In this document: in pieces, positions 35,025-47,459 of the stretch
Layout of the letters: each line of letters begins with the position of its first letter
Numbering within the stretch: position 1 is the first letter of the stretch
Origin: Macrostomum hystrix
Lineage: Eukaryota; Animalia; Platyhelminthes
Direction: 5' to 3'
Assembly: GCA_950097015.1 (NCBI GenBank)
Contig: CATNEN010000037.1
Location: 2,666,001 to 2,730,000, forward strand
Length of the DNA: 64,000 bases
The notes under the pieces: generated by a model
What the model saw: only the letters and a program-made list of their open reading frames with translations
The model's database searches: none
What the model was told of the DNA's origin: nothing
Translations under genes and position numbers: made by a program

Positions 35025-35280
35025 CTCACGGGAATGACTAAGCCTCACACATCAATCTCACGGGAGTAGCTAAGCCTCACACATCAATTCTCATGGGAGT
35101 GGCTAAGCCTAACACATCAATCTCACGGGAGTAGCTAAGCCTCACACATCAATCTCACGGGAGTGGCTAAGCCTCACACATCAATCTCACGGGAGTAGCT
35201 AAGCCTCACACATCAATCTCACGGGAGTAGCTAAGCCTCACACATCAATCTCACGGGAGTAGCTAAGCCTCACACATCAA
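35025..35280. repeat. Minisatellite, 32-bp unit AATCTCACGGGAGTAGCTAAGCCTCACACATC
   Basis: About 8 tandem copies. Confidence 0.93.
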
Positions 35281-35723
35281 TATTCAGTTGAAACAGCTGT
35301 CGCCGGTGGTTCGCACATTGTAATCTATCGCCTGGAAGTCAAAAGATTAAACAAATTGGATTTCAACGGTTTTGACTACGCACTGGTGGCACTGGCTGGG
35401 TGTGCTGCACCCAGGTAAACACAGAGACAATTTACTCACTAATAAAGCGAATATAGATAGCTAATATTTCGCAGCCTGGGCCAGAACAGAACGACCTGGA
35501 CAAGGTTCAGGGAAGGAAATAAAATGAAATAGCATGATACCGAGCTTCTTATCTACCTTAATACCAAATTATATATCTATACCTAGTACCTAATTATAAA
35601 TTATAATAAGCTCTTGTTTATACAGATAGGTATAATAAATAGGCGAACTTGTTAAACTGTGTTTAGCGTTGCACACAGTCTAATGTCCAAATCGAATCGA
35701 AAGGCGCATTAAAAAAAAACAAA

Positions 35724-38101
35724 ATGAACGACAAAAAGTTCAACAGCGAAAGCAACATTGTCGAAGAAAAATTGAATCTTAAATTCGGCCACATCAGCTT
35801 GAATGATCTGGATCAAGACCGTCAGGAGGAAGCTCTGCTGACGAAGGGCAAGCCTGGACGACATAAGGGCAACGGCCCGACTTGTGACAAGGAGACAAAA
35901 GAGAAGCTTAAGGAAGTTCTCATGCAACGCCGGCCAATTGACTACACGCTGGATACAAAAAAGTTGGATACGTAAGAAAGATTATCGACCGAGCATGTTT
36001 CTCTGTGTGCAATCGTATCTGTTCGGAATCTGGGAATAGGGCTTATTATCTGTGAATTGGAGTTAGAATCTGTGAATTAGGGGTTAGAATCTGTGAATTA
36101 GGGTTAGAATCTGTGAATTGGGGTTAGAATCTGTGAATTGGGGTTAGAATATGTGAATTGGGGTTAGAATATGTGAATTGGGGTTAGAATCTGTGAATTG
36201 GGGTTAGAATCTGTGAATTGGGGTTAGAATCTGTGAATTGGGGTTAGAATCTGTGAATAGGGATTAGAATCTGTGAATAGGGGTTAGAATCTGTGAATTG
36301 GGTTAGAATCTGTGAATTGGATTAGAATCTATGAATTGGGGTTAGAATCTGGGAATAGGGGTTAGAATCTGTGAATTGGGGTTAGAATCTGGGAATTGGA
36401 GTTAGAATCTGTGAATTGTGGTTAGAATCTGGGAATTGGGGTTAGAATCTGCGAATAGGGATCAGGATCTTAGAATAAGTATTAGGATATGTGAATATGG
36501 ATTAGAATATGTGAATAAGGATTAGAATATGTGAATAAGGATTAGAATATGTGAATAAGGATTAGAATATGTGAATAAGGATTAGAATATGTGAATAAGG
36601 ATTAGAATATGTGAATAAGGATTAGAATATGTGAATAAGGATTAGAATATGTGAATAAGGATTAGAATATGTGAATAAGGATTAGAATATGTGAATAAGG
36701 ATTAGAATATGTGAATAAGGATTATTATCTTAGTTGAGATTAGGATCTAAGAATAGGGATAAGGATCTGTGAATAGATATTGTTGTTATAGTGTATCTAC
36801 TCTGGATTTTATTGAGAGAAATTGACAATTATGTGGATATTCTATAGAATCATCAGTGATAAAGAATGAGTTCAGTATTTTGAGTTGTGTATTGATCAAT
36901 GTTGGGAAAATTTGGGAATTTCTAATTGGGAAATTTTGTCAATACCTACGAAAGAAGAAAAGTTAAATGAAATTTTGTTTGTAAGAAGTACATCAAGTTT
37001 GTATGCAGAAACAATTTAACCAAAGTGTGGACCTTTTGAGCCCAAAGATCTTCGCAGCTATTGAAGCCCTTGATGAAGCTGAGAAAATGGACCATCGCTT
37101 AGATGTTCTCACTCTTCAATCAATAATCACTCGCATTCAGTCCGCTGCACCGCTTCCTGGAGGCCCCGGAGAACGACAAGAAGTCTGGCTACGAGTTGGT
37201 CTGTCAGCTGAACCAGATTCTTGTGGAGCTGGAGAACCTGGGCTACCTGACTGTTTACATCAACATGCCCAACCGATGCGGGAGGGTGAGTGTGAACCAG
37301 CCTTTAGAGGTCGATAGTTTACTGTTTAGTGTTCGCGATCAGTCGAAATCTTTCTAAAAAGGCAGGGCGTCATCGCCAATGTTCTATTTTTAGCACAGCC
37401 GAAACATTATGATCATATCATTTTCCAACCAATGAGAGCTCGTGACCTTGAAACACGCGCTGCGCCCATGATCGCGTCGCTGAATTCTTTAGAAAGTCCT
37501 TAGAATTAAGAATAAAAGTAGATGCGCTTGCTTTAACTTGTAGATGAATGAAAATTTACCTGGCTTTAAGAATTTAGGCAGCCAAGACAAGTTTCACTAG
37601 TGCTGGTAGGGCTCTACAGTTTTAAAATCCCCAATATAGAAAACATTAATTGATAAGAAGTCTCTAAAGTAAACTAACGCAATACCTAATCAGACCAACT
37701 TTTCAAAGTTTTTTATTAAAATCACACATATCTAGACTCCTCTATCCCTGTGCCTGAAGACCGACGACTTGGTCGACCTGATTGGCCCCCTAATCCGGCG
37801 TGGAGCTCAGTTGCACCACCTGTGCGGCGCAGACCTTACAGAGCGCTGCAACCACCTGCACTACGCCATGCTGAAGTCCTCGCCGCGAACCATCAACGCC
37901 ACACTTGACGAGGTGTCTCGCCAGTACCCGTTCGGCGCTGACGGCATGTACGCCATGAACCGGCAGCGCGAGACCCCGAAGGCCTCGCTGCAGCGTCGAA
38001 TCCAACAGTTAGGCAGCTCTAGTCCACTGTACCCTGAGCTGTGCCTGATCCTGGACCGGATTCAGGGCTATCCGCCAGTGGAAGGTGTGCCGCAGATATG
38101 A
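35724..38101 (+). CDS. Three-exon gene, 252 aa, probable ankyrin-repeat protein
   Basis: Exons 35724-35971, 37141-37285, 37736-38101; GT-AG with phases 2 and 0 consistent, open to TGA. Splicing reconstructs DTPLHRFL and GRTPLSLCLKTDDLVDLIGPLIRRGAQL, which resemble the ankyrin TPLH consensus. Confidence 0.75.
36050..36725. repeat. Two related adjacent minisatellites: ~19-20-bp GGGGTTAGAATCTGTGAATT (36050-36470) and 19-bp ATTAGAATATGTGAATAAG(G) (36480-36725)
   Basis: Direct; in intron 1 of the ankyrin-like gene. Confidence 0.93.
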
Positions 38102-38214
38102 AAAGATATGAAATACATTAAGGAGATCCTGCGGCACAGCTGTTTTCACCTTGACTTCTAAACGCAGCTACGACTACTGTTTTAGATTCACTTTCACTTC
38201 ATCCTGTGTAAAGT

Positions 38215-38455
38215 GGCCGTGTCCCAATCTGGCCGTGTCCCAATCTCGCCGTGTCCCAATCTCGCCGTGTCCCAATCTCGCCGTGTCCCAATCTCGCCGT
38301 GTCCCAATCTCGCCGTGTCTTAATCTCGCCGTGTCCCAATCTCGCCGTGTCCCAATCTCGACGTGTCCCAATCTCGACGTGTCCCAATCTCGCCGTGTCC
38401 CAATATCGCCGCGTCCCAATCTCGCCGTGTCCCAATCTCGCCGTGTCCCAATCTT
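38215..38455. repeat. Minisatellite, 16-bp unit GCCGTGTCCCAATCTC
   Basis: Direct tandem array. Confidence 0.95.
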
Positions 38456-38596
38456 GCCTTTCCTAGCGATGAAGATTAAAAAGCTGTGAGATTTAACAGG
38501 TTGAGATTTGACTAATTCCACAATAGCAATGCCACAATTCCAAGTTGGGCTTAAGGACAACAAAATCTTAGAAAAAAACTAAGTTAGTTTTTTAAT

Positions 38597-38846
38597 CTGT
38601 GTAAAGCTCTGACAACTGAACCCAATTATTGGTAACATTTTGCAGAATCAGAACATGTTAGTTTTATTTCGCAACATGCAAAACAAGAACAAGAATAATT
38701 ATTGTTTGAGAAGCAAAAATACTGTGTAAAGCTCTGACAACTGAACCCAATTATTGGTAACATTTTGCAGAATCAGAACATGTTAGTTTTATTTCGCAAC
38801 ATGCAAAACAAGAACAAGAATAATTATTGTTTGAGAAGCAAAAATA
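38597..38846. repeat. Exact 125-bp tandem duplication
   Basis: CTGTGTAAAGCTCTGAC...GAAGCAAAAATA at 38597 and again at 38722. Confidence 0.92.
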
Positions 38847-39019
38847 CAAGCGTATTCGATTGAAGTAAAAACTATTTATGAAATCTACAGCTAAGAAACA
38901 TCATCTCACGAATTCCACAAAAATAAAAATATTTATAAACACAGTTATTAAAATCCCTGCCTCACTTAGAAAACACAGGTAAAAGATTAGCAATCAATTA
39001 CATCCCCTCATCGATTGGG

Positions 39020-39195
39020 CAGATTAGCAATCCACTCTATTCCTTCATCCATGGGATAGATTAGCAATCCACTCTATTCCTTCATCAATGGGATAGATTA
39101 GCAATCCACTCTATTCCTTCATCAATGGGATAGATTAGCAATCCATTCTATTCCTTCATCCATGGGATAGATTAGCAATCCATTCTATTCCCTAC
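39020..39195. repeat. Minisatellite, 37-bp unit GATTAGCAATCCACTCTATTCCTTCATCAATGGGATA
   Basis: About 4-5 copies just 3' of the EML-like stop codon. Confidence 0.9.
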
Positions 39196-39260
39196 TCCAG
39201 CTATTCCAGTCATTCAGCAGGACTGATCACAGGGCTCATCTAGCTGTTCTGAGCAGGAGG

Positions 39261-42200
39261 TCATGAGCGCCTCTCTGGCACCAGACTCCACTGCATGATT
39301 GCGGCCGCCCCTCTGTCCGTGATCAGCAGTCTGGAGTCGCCGAACGCGAATGTCAGATCGCGAACTTCGGAGACCAGGGCGTCTGAGGTGATGCACTGGC
39401 TCTAGAATATGCATTTGATCATCTTCTATACTATAGAATTATCTTTCTGACAATTTATATTGCGTTTGGTATTTTAAAGTGCCAAATTAGTGTTTGAAGA
39501 GCTAGTTTTTGTAATAAAGTGCCTTTTCCCTGGCTCACCTGCTGAGGATGCGGCGGATATCGGAACATGCTGACGCGCCCGGCGCTGTCGCCAACGCAAA
39601 GCAGATCTCCGCGGCCGGACAGGCAGGAGGTGGTTATTGCAGTGTCCGAGCTGCCTTGGTACAGCTGCCAGGCCGCTGCGTGATTGTAGCTGAGGTAGCA
39701 TGTCTCAGTTGAGAAGCGCACGTTGCTAACTGAGTCCGATGACACCTCCGACATGTTGGGTACTGACCCTGCGGACAAGGGAATAATTGATTGCTAGAAT
39801 TGGAATATTGCTATTTTTTTAGACATCAATCATCTGTGGTGGAACAAATGCTGGTTAACTCGTAGTTCGCATTACAGTATAGATGCGGAGCAGAGCTCAA
39901 CATTCTAGATGCGGAGCGGGGGGTTAACAGTCTTGATGCGGAGCGGGGGGTTAACAGTCTGGATGCGGAGCGGGGGGTTAACAGTCTGGATGCGGAGCGG
40001 GGGTTAACAGTCTGGATGCGGAGCGGGGGTTAACAGTCTGGATGCGGAGCAGGGGGTTAACATTCCAGATGCGGAGTGGAGGTTAACAATCTAGATGCGG
40101 AGCGGAGCTTAACGTTCTAGATGCGGAGCGGAAGTTAACAGTCTAGATGCGGAGCGGAGGCTAAAATTCTAGATGCGGAGCGGGGTTAACATTCTAGATG
40201 CGGAGCGGAGGCTAAAATTCTAGATGCGGAGCGGAGGTTAACAGTCTAGATGCGGAGCGGAGGCTAAAATTCTAGATGCGGAGCGGGGTTAACATTCTAG
40301 ATGCGGAGCGGGGTTAACATTCTAGATGCGGAGCGGGGTTAACATTCTAGATGCGGAGCGGGGTTAACATTCTAGATGCGGAGCGGGGTTAACATTCTAG
40401 ATGCGGAGCGGGGTTAACATTCTAGATGCGGAGCGGGGTTAACATTCTAGATGCGGAGCGGCGGCTAAAATTCTAGATGCGGAGCGGAGGTTAACAGTCT
40501 AGATGCAGAGCGGAGGTTAACAGTCTAGATGCAGAGCGGAGGTTAACATTTAGATGCGGAGCGGAGGTTAACATTCTCATAGATGCGGAGCGGAGGTTAA
40601 CATTCTCATAGATTCGGAGCGGAGGTTAACATTCTCATAGATGCGGAGCGGAGGTTAACAGTCTAGATGCGGAGCGGAGGTTAACAGTCTAGATGCAGAG
40701 CGGAGGTTAACAGTCTAGATGCGGAGCGGAGGTTAACAGTCTAGATGCGGAGCGGAGGCTAAAATTCTAGATGCGGAGCGGGGGTTAACAGTCTAGATGC
40801 AGAGCGGAGGTTAACAGTCTAGATGCGGAGCGGAGTTTAACAGTCTAGATGCGGAGCGGAGGTTAAACTACCGGAAGAAACTGTTTAGAAGTCAGTTTAA
40901 CAAGACATTTAATAAATGTCAGAATGAGACCTCCAACGATTAGCCTTTTTAGTTTAGTTGAACAACAGACGGAGCACTCAAGGCTCATTAGTCGGTATCT
41001 CACAGAATCTTATTTCCAGATCCTCGGATTGACTGCGCAGAGTAGCCGAATCCACAGAGAAGTCCAGCCGAACAACCGGACTGGAGTGACCTACGAGGAT
41101 GCCCTGGCGGTATTTTCGATAAACCAGTCCGTTGTCCTCAACTGACATCAGGTAGACTTGGCCATCACTAGTGCCCAACGCAAGCAGGCGACCATCTGTT
41201 AGGAATATAAACAAATTTAATCGAATGGAAAGCTTCTTCCAGCCTGAGTGTGTTTTGTGATTCTAAAAACACAGCTCTAAGTCAAAAGTTGAGAGTGGTC
41301 CAAAGTGATCTGTGTTTTATCTTCATCATTCGTGTCCAGTCCTAGAACCGGCCTCTTTACGTACGGTGGGAGTTTCATTTTCGGACCCAAGAATCAACTC
41401 ATCCGATGCTTAAAATGTTGTTTACAAACAAAAGAAACATGCTACAGAAGGGACTGTTAAAAGATATTAGCCTACAAAGGCAACTCACTGCTGCTGAACC
41501 GGACGCACGGCAACGCTTGACCCCGCTCAGTCACCTGGCAGGACATGGCGTAAGTCTCCGCGAGCGTGTTGCAGGGCCACAATGCGGCCTGTGGCTGTGC
41601 CCAGCAGCAGCAGGTGGCCTCGCGGGTGGAAGGCGGCGCTGGCGCAGGCATCTTCGACAGCAACTCGCCAGACCAGTCGACACTGGTTGGCGGACCAGCG
41701 GCACACTGACCTGTCGTCGGTGCCGACTCCGCCGCAGGTGATCAGGTCTGGCTCGCTGGGGTGGGCGCTCACGATAAGGCCGTCACCGGATGGTGACGAC
41801 TTGTGACCCTTTGGATAAACAAAAAATTGGATTATACGAATGGCAACAATAATAGTATGTCACTGGTTCTGAGAGGAACAGCGACATCAGTGTTCAATTG
41901 GATGATATTGCTGATGTTTGGTTCCAATTATCGACGTGTTTTTATCACACATCCAAATCCAATTAGCTATACTGGCCAATCAAATGGGTCTTACTTGCAC
42001 CAGGCAGAAGAACTGGTCATGCAGCGACCCCTCCAGAATACTGTTTCCCGTCGTAGCAATGACCAATCGGCCATCGAGACTCCGAGGATGCTTCAGGGCC
42101 AGAGTGGTTATGTCCTCTGGAACCTGCCCGCTGGTCTGGACATTGGAGAGGGAGCTGATTTTACATATCGAAAAAATAGTGCATTCGCCGAATGGGGAAA

Positions 42201-45200
42201 GTCTACACTCGAGTTCTATTGCGTATCAATGTAATGCTCACCAGAGCCTCCTTCACGTGACTGTAGCCGTTCAGCGTGTCCCAGACTTGAATTCGTTTGG
42301 CGGACACTGAAATCAGCGCGCCATCGCCCAGGGTGTGCAAGCACCTGATGGGCTCCTGTTAAAAAGACAGCATGTGATTTACTTGTACGAGCCGTAAGTT
42401 TAACAAATATTATAAAACAGTAGACAAATTCATGCGACCACAAGAGGTGCTCACCGAGTGCGCGTGATTCAGCCGTTCGACAGGTCTGTGGACGAAAGCG
42501 TCCTCGTGATCCCGACACCAGAGCTGGATCCGGCCCTGCTGAGTCTCCTGTGACCACGTTGCCCACCAGGTCAAATGTCAGCGCAGTGACCTCCGTCGTA
42601 GCTTGAGGCTGACTAGCCGCTCCAGACTCGCTCGAAAAGTTCAGGCCGCTCTTTTTATCACGAAGAGCCCGACTGCGGCCGGCGCTGTCATGGAAGATGC
42701 GCCAGAAGATGGGCCGGTCGGCGCCCACCGACACGATGACTGAGTCGTCTTCCGGATGAAAGACCGCCCTGCTGATACGGTCTCGCGCCGTTTGCGACTT
42801 GAGCACGAGCCGACGTGCGGCCCAATCGAATACTGTCAAGGTCTGACGATGCCCCGGTGGCTTCTGGGCGTCCACAGCCAGCAGGTAGGCGCCCAGGCTT
42901 TCATTAGAGAAGCTGAGAGACGCGATGCCGGTGTTCAGGTGCGGCTCAGACAGGACCACTCTAGTCTCTAGGCTGGACGCATCCCAGATGCGGATTTGAA
43001 CGGGTGCTCCCGGATCGAGAGGCCGCCTGGCCCGAAGCCACAGTAGGCGTTCACTGGGTGAGCGGCCGTGCTGTCATGGGGACGGAAGGTTTGCGAGAAA
43101 TCTCTCCTGATTTATCACAGTCTCTATCTAGTTAGGGAGACCCTAACTAGTCACGTTTCAAATTTATAGCTCAAATTCCAGCACTGATCGAATTTAGTAT
43201 CCCTACCAGGTAACTTGAGCAGTGTGCTCAGCATAGTGCCGCTGCCTATGCCGCTTGGAGTCTAGCAGGATCACCACATTGCCGGCCGCGTACAGCAGAT
43301 CGCCTGTCGGTAGGGCCAGCAGGCCAGCCGGGCTGTGGCAGCCGTACACCCAGTCCAGCCTCAGTGACAGGTCGGGCGGTTGCAGCTGCTGACGACTCGG
43401 CACCGACGCCGTAGGAGCTGGGAAGGCTGCGAAAATAAACAAATTTAATCATGAAAAAACATGGGAAGTTGGGAAGTTGTAAATGGACTTGTTCAGCTAC
43501 CCAGCAGCAACTCACTGTGCAGGTTGCCTCTAATTCTGACCGAGGCGGGCGGAGCCTTTTGCACGGACTCGCGGCCGGACAATTTGGGCAGCTGCTGGAA
43601 GCTGGAAGCGTCTTCGTCGTCAGTGGCACCGCTGGCAGCTGCGTCGCTGTCCTCGGCTGCCTCGTAGCGTCCAGCTGAGGATAATTTGGTAGTCGAGAGT
43701 AAGGCTGGCAGGCTCCTTAGAGTTAGACTCGGAAAAACAATTATCGCAGAATGCTTACCAGCTGCCTGACTCTTATCACCCAGCTGCTGCTGCTGTGCCT
43801 GCATTTGCCTCTGCTGCTCTAACTGTAGCTGAAGCAGCCGCCGTCTTTGCTGCTCATCCATTCGATTCTCTTCGCCAGTGCGCGGCCATTGAGGCGGAGG
43901 CGGTGGCGGCGGTGGTGGCGGCGGAGGCGGCGGTGGCGACGGCGGCGGCGGCGTCCGAGGCTGCGTCGTTCCGTTGACCTGCCCGGTAGGCTTTAGTGGC
44001 TCCAGCTTCGCCAGTCGACGCGCACTGGGGCTGCCGCCAACGCCTCCTCCGCTAACGTCGTCGCCCCAGAGGGCGGCCGCCTCAATGGGCCGGCTGCGCA
44101 GTTCCGCAGGTAGAAATTCCTGGCCGCAGGCGATGAAGCTGTCGTAGTCTTTGTACTCGTTGAACAGTTGCGATAGCTTTGTTACCTGCATTGAAAAAAT
44201 ATTTTTGATCAGGACAGCACTCATGAGCACATAACGCACTCTGCTTCTCGGATTCACAAACTGGGGACCTGAAAGTCACACGCATGACATCTTGCAAAGC
44301 AGCCTCCTGCAAATTGCTGAGCTATGGCCATTTGTTAATCTATCAAATCTGTTAGTTCCAACGCCCGGTCAACCGACCTTTCGATATGGTGGGTAGGCAG
44401 TGTACAGGCAGGTTGCGGGCGGGTGGCCCATCACTAGAAGACTGCCCAGATCCTCCAGGATGGCGTCCAGACCGTCTGCGCTGGCCGCCTTTACAGGACT
44501 TACTAGCAGCCGCTCTCTACTCTGTCGGTGCGTGTTACTGATGATGACAACGCTGCGCGGCTTGCCCGGACCGCCACGACCCGTTGTTGCATCGCCGGCA
44601 ACGATGGGCCGACCCACATACCCGTGTCTCTCCATGTGTCGCGGCTGGTCGTCGCTTTCTCCGACAACCTCGCCGCCGCCAACCAGCAGCCGCAGGTCGT
44701 CGCGCGTCCGCCGGCCAGCCTTGGCGCTCGGCGGCTTCATTCGCCATGCAGTTCGATGGCCGCCGTACTCCACAGAGCGGATCAGCTTGGAGCCGCTCGA
44801 TGCTACGTAGTGGCCTCCAGCCTCGAAGTCTGCCAACTGGCTCACCTTTTGAAATAGGGAAAAATACGAGTAATAAAAGAATAAGTTTAATGAGAAGTCG
44901 AGCTTAAAGAACCATTCAAAGTATTTTTATAGGATTGATAAGTTGTGAAAATTGATATCCTATGGACAAGCCAGTTGTGTCACAAATTTTTTTGATGGAG
45001 TGTCCGGGAAATTATGGTGCCATCAATATTGTTTCGAAGTCAGGTAATCCAGTCGTCGACAAGAAAATAAAAGCCTAAATTTTGACTCTGACGAACACAA
45101 TATTCACTGCAGTTCTTCCGGAACAGTTTCGTAGAAATAAATTCTACCTCAATGCCATCAGGCAGCCGAAAGACGTGCCTCACACCGGACGGTGTGCTAA

Positions 45201-45456
45201 TCTTCTCATTGAGCCACTCGGTCAAGGTTGCCATGGAAACAAACGCGCGATCATTAATAGAGACTCCGAGGCCGCGAAAATGCGGATCGCCATTGCGATA
45301 GAATGTCACGAGCTTGCCCGACGGCCCCGGATCCGGCTGTCGCCTTGACGCTGCTGCCTGCGGCGGCTGCAGGGGCTTCAGCTGCAGATTCGGCTGCCCC
45401 CGGCCCTGACGCTTCCGCGGCTGCTGACGTCCCCCTGCAGGTGGCGATCCTTGCAT
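39261..45456 (-). CDS. EML: DCX-EMAP / echinoderm microtubule-associated protein-like (two doublecortin domains, HELP motif, WD40/TAPE domain); frameshifted as assembled
   Basis: Exons 45456-45148, 44845-44378, 44185-43759, 43674-43516, 43426-43207, 43070-42455, 42355-42242, 42135-41995, 41808-41489, 41195-41004, 39768-39539, 39401-39261. Motifs: DCX1 KLVTFYRNGDPHFRG...GVRHVFRLPDG...LADFEAGGHYVAS; DCX2 KPRSVVIISN...VTKLSQLF; HELP LSLRLDWVYG...GDLLYAAGNVVILLD...QRHYAEH; WD QIRIWD, VVTGDSAG, GHSSPVVRLDFSVDS, LLCVGDSAGRVSMFRYP, AIMQWSL. About five indels in exons 6 and 9. Confidence 0.9.
39880..40867. repeat. Minisatellite, ~26-bp unit TAGATGCGGAGCGGAGGTTAACAGTC
   Basis: Fills the intron between EML-like exons 41195-41004 and 39768-39539. 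Confidence 0.95.
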
Positions 45457-47459
45457 TGCTGAACTGCAAGCTGAATTGCTTCAACAGCGCCCTTTCTCTA
45501 CACCAGAGCGAATAAGCCTTTGAATGTGTGCTCAGCGCTGCGTTGTTTTCTCTTTTTCTCATTCCATTTCTCAGCGACTTTCTATATTTGACTGTACATT
45601 TTCAGCTTAGAATAGATAGAGACGAAATAGCCTTTGGTTGCCATGGTCGATTGTTCATCTGAGCGCCATAGGCACTGCTCGCCTGTTGTTACCCTGCTAT
45701 TCGAAGCGTGTGACACCTGCTTTCAGCTATCCTTCCTGCCCCATCTACTGTCCTCGCTCGCTTAACTCCATTTAAGAATTTTATTTTCTAACTATTTTAT
45801 TTCTCGTTGAGATAATCAAATTTGGACATAAAAATACAACTATTTACAACTTACTTGTATTGTCTTTAGTCTTTTAATGGTCTCTGTGTTACAACGAATA
45901 ATATATATATATTCTTCTTTTCTTATTCCGATTCAGCCAACCGAGAGAAATTAATTTTCAAACAAGTGATTTTCCAAACTCTGAGCCAGAGCTTTTACTA
46001 AATTTAAACAAGAGAATGAGCCGAGATCATGGAGATCTTGGTAGAGCTAAATTCAAAAACTTTGAATTTCATTTGGTCTGTGTAATCTGTCTTGTCTAAA
46101 TCAACTGTATACGAGCCGAACAATTTATTTAAACCTGTCTTGTTATATTCCGCAAAAAATGCTTTCTCTCCTACTCTAAGTAAAGCGAACTGCGCATAGT
46201 GTGTTAATTTATCCGCGCACGCCTAAATCGGGTACATGCAAAGGACGTGCGATTGTGAGGTCGCTCGCTTAGAGTACAAACTAGACCCCAGGAATTCTAC
46301 ACCCTGTGCGGCAGTCCCTCCAAACTCATCCCAGGCGGGGGGCATGGCCCTCTGCGCCTTGGCTGTTTACCCCTCTCTTCTCTTTCCTTACCCCCACCCT
46401 CAGTGCGCGTCGCTGTGCGTCAAACTTATCGACCAGTCTGACCGACCCTGCCCCTTCCCCTCCGCCCTCCTCCCCCCTCTCCCCTGCTTGTCTGTCTTTT
46501 TTGGGGCTTGGTTTAGTTTAGAAGCTTAATTTAGTATTTTGCTTGTATAGTGCAGCTGGGCTGCTTTTGTGCTGGTTGCTTCTTGCGGGCTCTCCTCGCC
46601 TCGCCTCACCTGTACCTTCCGGCGCTTGTGGGTGAGGTGAAGCCTAGCTAATGCTGATTCTCGGGGTCGTATAAGGGGCTAGTTGAGGACAACAAATGGG
46701 GTCTAGAGAGAGAAAAACTGAGAGAGAGAGAGCGGAAACCGCGCAGTTTGGCGCCACTCAAATCTCTTTCCTGTTTTCTGAAAAAAAAGCACCAGATCTA
46801 GCGCGCACCTGGGCCAGGCGTCTATGTGTGACGTAAAAGCTTATCATTACAACCGATAATACAATCTCCCAGCAAAGGGAACTCAGACAGGCATACTCAA
46901 ATGACTCAAAGATGCCTCAATGCCAGTTGAGGGTGATTTCGCTACTTATTGGTACTTGGTAGCGAATTCGATTTGCACTTTTGTGTTCTGTCTTGTTGTT
47001 TTTCCTCTTTTGCATGCCATTTCCAGGGTCCTTGGTCGCAGCTGGGCCTTGGGTACACTATTTGCTGCTGCAAAGAGAACGCTGAGAGACAAATCAATAA
47101 AAAATAGTTCCAGTTCAGTTAGCGCAAATTTAGTTCACTTTCCGCCAAACCGGTTGGTTTGGTTCTATGCAAATTTGAGCTCCGGCGATTCTGTCTGGAA
47201 ATTAATAGAGTTACATTGTGTGCCATATTCGAATTCATAATGCGTTTCTCCTGAATTCATAAGCAACTGCCTGACCGATATTTCATGCGTTTAGTTAAGT
47301 CTGCCTTGTATAAGGTGCGATCAATGTCCGCATGTTGATTATTGAAATCAGTGGACTGTGTGAAGAGTGGCACGTGCAAATTTAGATTGCGCTTGGATCA
47401 TGGTTAGGGGTTTATCCCTAATGTTGTTCTCCTTACAAGCGCCACAGGCGACGTCCTTT

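Noticed and set aside
36050-36470. Telomere-like GGGTTAG motif
   Set aside because: It is a single motif within a 19-20-bp unit, not (TTAGGG)n.
42455-43070. Programmed ribosomal frameshifting in EML-like and PPP1R3-like genes
   Set aside because: Too many independent sites in both directions, several in short homopolymers, with no slippery heptamer; sequencing error is more parsimonious.
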